In this document: positions 63,364-64,000 of the stretch, piece by piece
Numbering within the stretch: position 1 is the stretch's first letter
Layout of the letters: every line of letters starts with the position of its first letter
NCBI GenBank assembly: GCA_963764715.1
Contig: CAVXTP010000022.1
Location: 128,001 to 192,000, forward strand
Direction: 5' to 3'
Source: an uncultured Acidobacteriota bacterium
GTDB lineage: Bacteria; Acidobacteriota; Thermoanaerobaculia; UBA5066; Gp7-AA6
DNA length: 64,000 nucleotides
Notes under the pieces: model-generated
What the model was told of the DNA's origin: nothing
The model's database searches: none
The model's input: only the letters and a program-made list of their open reading frames with translations
Translations under genes and position numbers: made by a program

Positions 63364-63618
63364 ATGCTGAAGATCCGCCTGCGCCGCATGGGCGCCCGCA
63401 ACCGTCCGTACTACCGCATCGTCGTCTCCGACTCGCGCCGGACCGCGCGCGCCGAGGTGCTCGAGGAGCTCGGCTCGTACGACCCGGTCCCGAATCCGCC
63501 GGCGCTGTCCTTCAACCGCGAGCGGGCCCGCGCCTGGATCGCCAAGGGCGCGACCCTGTCGCCGACCGTGCAGTCGCTCCTCGAGCGGCCCGAGGCCGCC
63601 CCGGTCCCGGCGGCCTGA
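63364..63618 (+). CDS. rpsP: 30S ribosomal protein S16
   Basis: KIRLRRMG..RPYYRIVV.DSR...E.LGSYDP. Confidence 0.97.
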   Translation: MLKIRLRRMGARNRPYYRIVVSDSRRTARAEVLEELGSYDPVPNPPALSFNRERARAWIAKGATLSPTVQSLLERPEAAPVPAA

Positions 63619-63622
63619 GCGC

Positions 63623-63853
63623 ATGAAACGCCTCGTCGAGACCATCGTCCGCCGCCTTTCGGACCGCCCGGACGAAACCCGCGTTCACGAAAGCTTCGAG
63701 GGCCGGACCTCCGTCTACGACATCGACGTGCCGGAGACCGATCGCGGCCGCCTCATCGGCCGCGAGGGCCGCACGATCCGCGCGCTGCGCGGCTTCGTGT
63801 CCGCCGCCGCCACGGCGCGCGGCAAGAAGGTCCTCATCCGCGTCCGCGACTAA
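63623..63853 (+). CDS. khpA: KH domain RNA-binding protein (KhpA)
   Basis: D.GRLIGREGRTIRALR; lies between rpsP and rimM. Confidence 0.88.
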   Translation: MKRLVETIVRRLSDRPDETRVHESFEGRTSVYDIDVPETDRGRLIGREGRTIRALRGFVSAAATARGKKVLIRVRD

Positions 63854-63878
63854 CTCGCGCGGCGCGCCCCCGGGCGCG

Positions 63879-64000
63879 ATGCCGGACCTTCCCGAACTTC
63901 TCGTCGTCGCCCGCGTCGAGCGGACGCACGGTCTCGCGGGCGAGGTCTCGGTCTCGGTCCTCACCGACTTTCCGGAGCGCTTCGCGCCGGGCCGCGTCCT
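63879..64000 (+). CDS. rimM: 16S rRNA processing protein RimM, partial
   Basis: MPDLPELLVVARVERTHGLAGEVSVSVLTDFPERF; conserved synteny. Confidence 0.88.
   Translation, partial: MPDLPELLVVARVERTHGLAGEVSVSVLTDFPERFAPGRV

Overview
High-GC bacterial chromosome window. The gene content and order suggest Acidobacteriota, possibly Thermoanaerobaculia (inference). It has two parts. (1) Positions 1-~17,340 are the right-hand part of a visibly lower-GC genomic island. It ends inside a tRNA-Leu(CAA) gene: only the 41-nt 5' half remains, next to integrase-arm-like repeats, and neither the integrase nor the tRNA 3' half is in the window. The island carries phage/satellite-like hypothetical genes, a repeat-rich SLH-anchored surface protein, a Cys-rich secreted protein and a GT-C glycosyltransferase/methyltransferase pair with a truncated GT paralogue. 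It also holds a compact module: divergent ECF-like sigma factor, DUF11/DUF4082 secreted protein, signal-peptide-bearing RHS protein with a DUF3238-like C-terminus, and a lipoprotein immunity candidate. (2) Positions ~17,440-64,000 are mostly housekeeping genes: carD, rarA, guaB, secA, comM, mltD, an MglA-like GTPase, CIRCE-hrcA-grpE-dnaK-dnaJ-prmA-rsmE, ilvE, pilT-recX-alaS, pgsA, trmB, idh, queG and ffh-rpsP-khpA-rimM. Oddities in this part include a recX without a canonical start codon, in frame with pilT; a ~130-bp TA-flanked MITE; heptamer-repeat tracts that begin exactly at stop codons; and a perfect CRP-type box upstream of carD.
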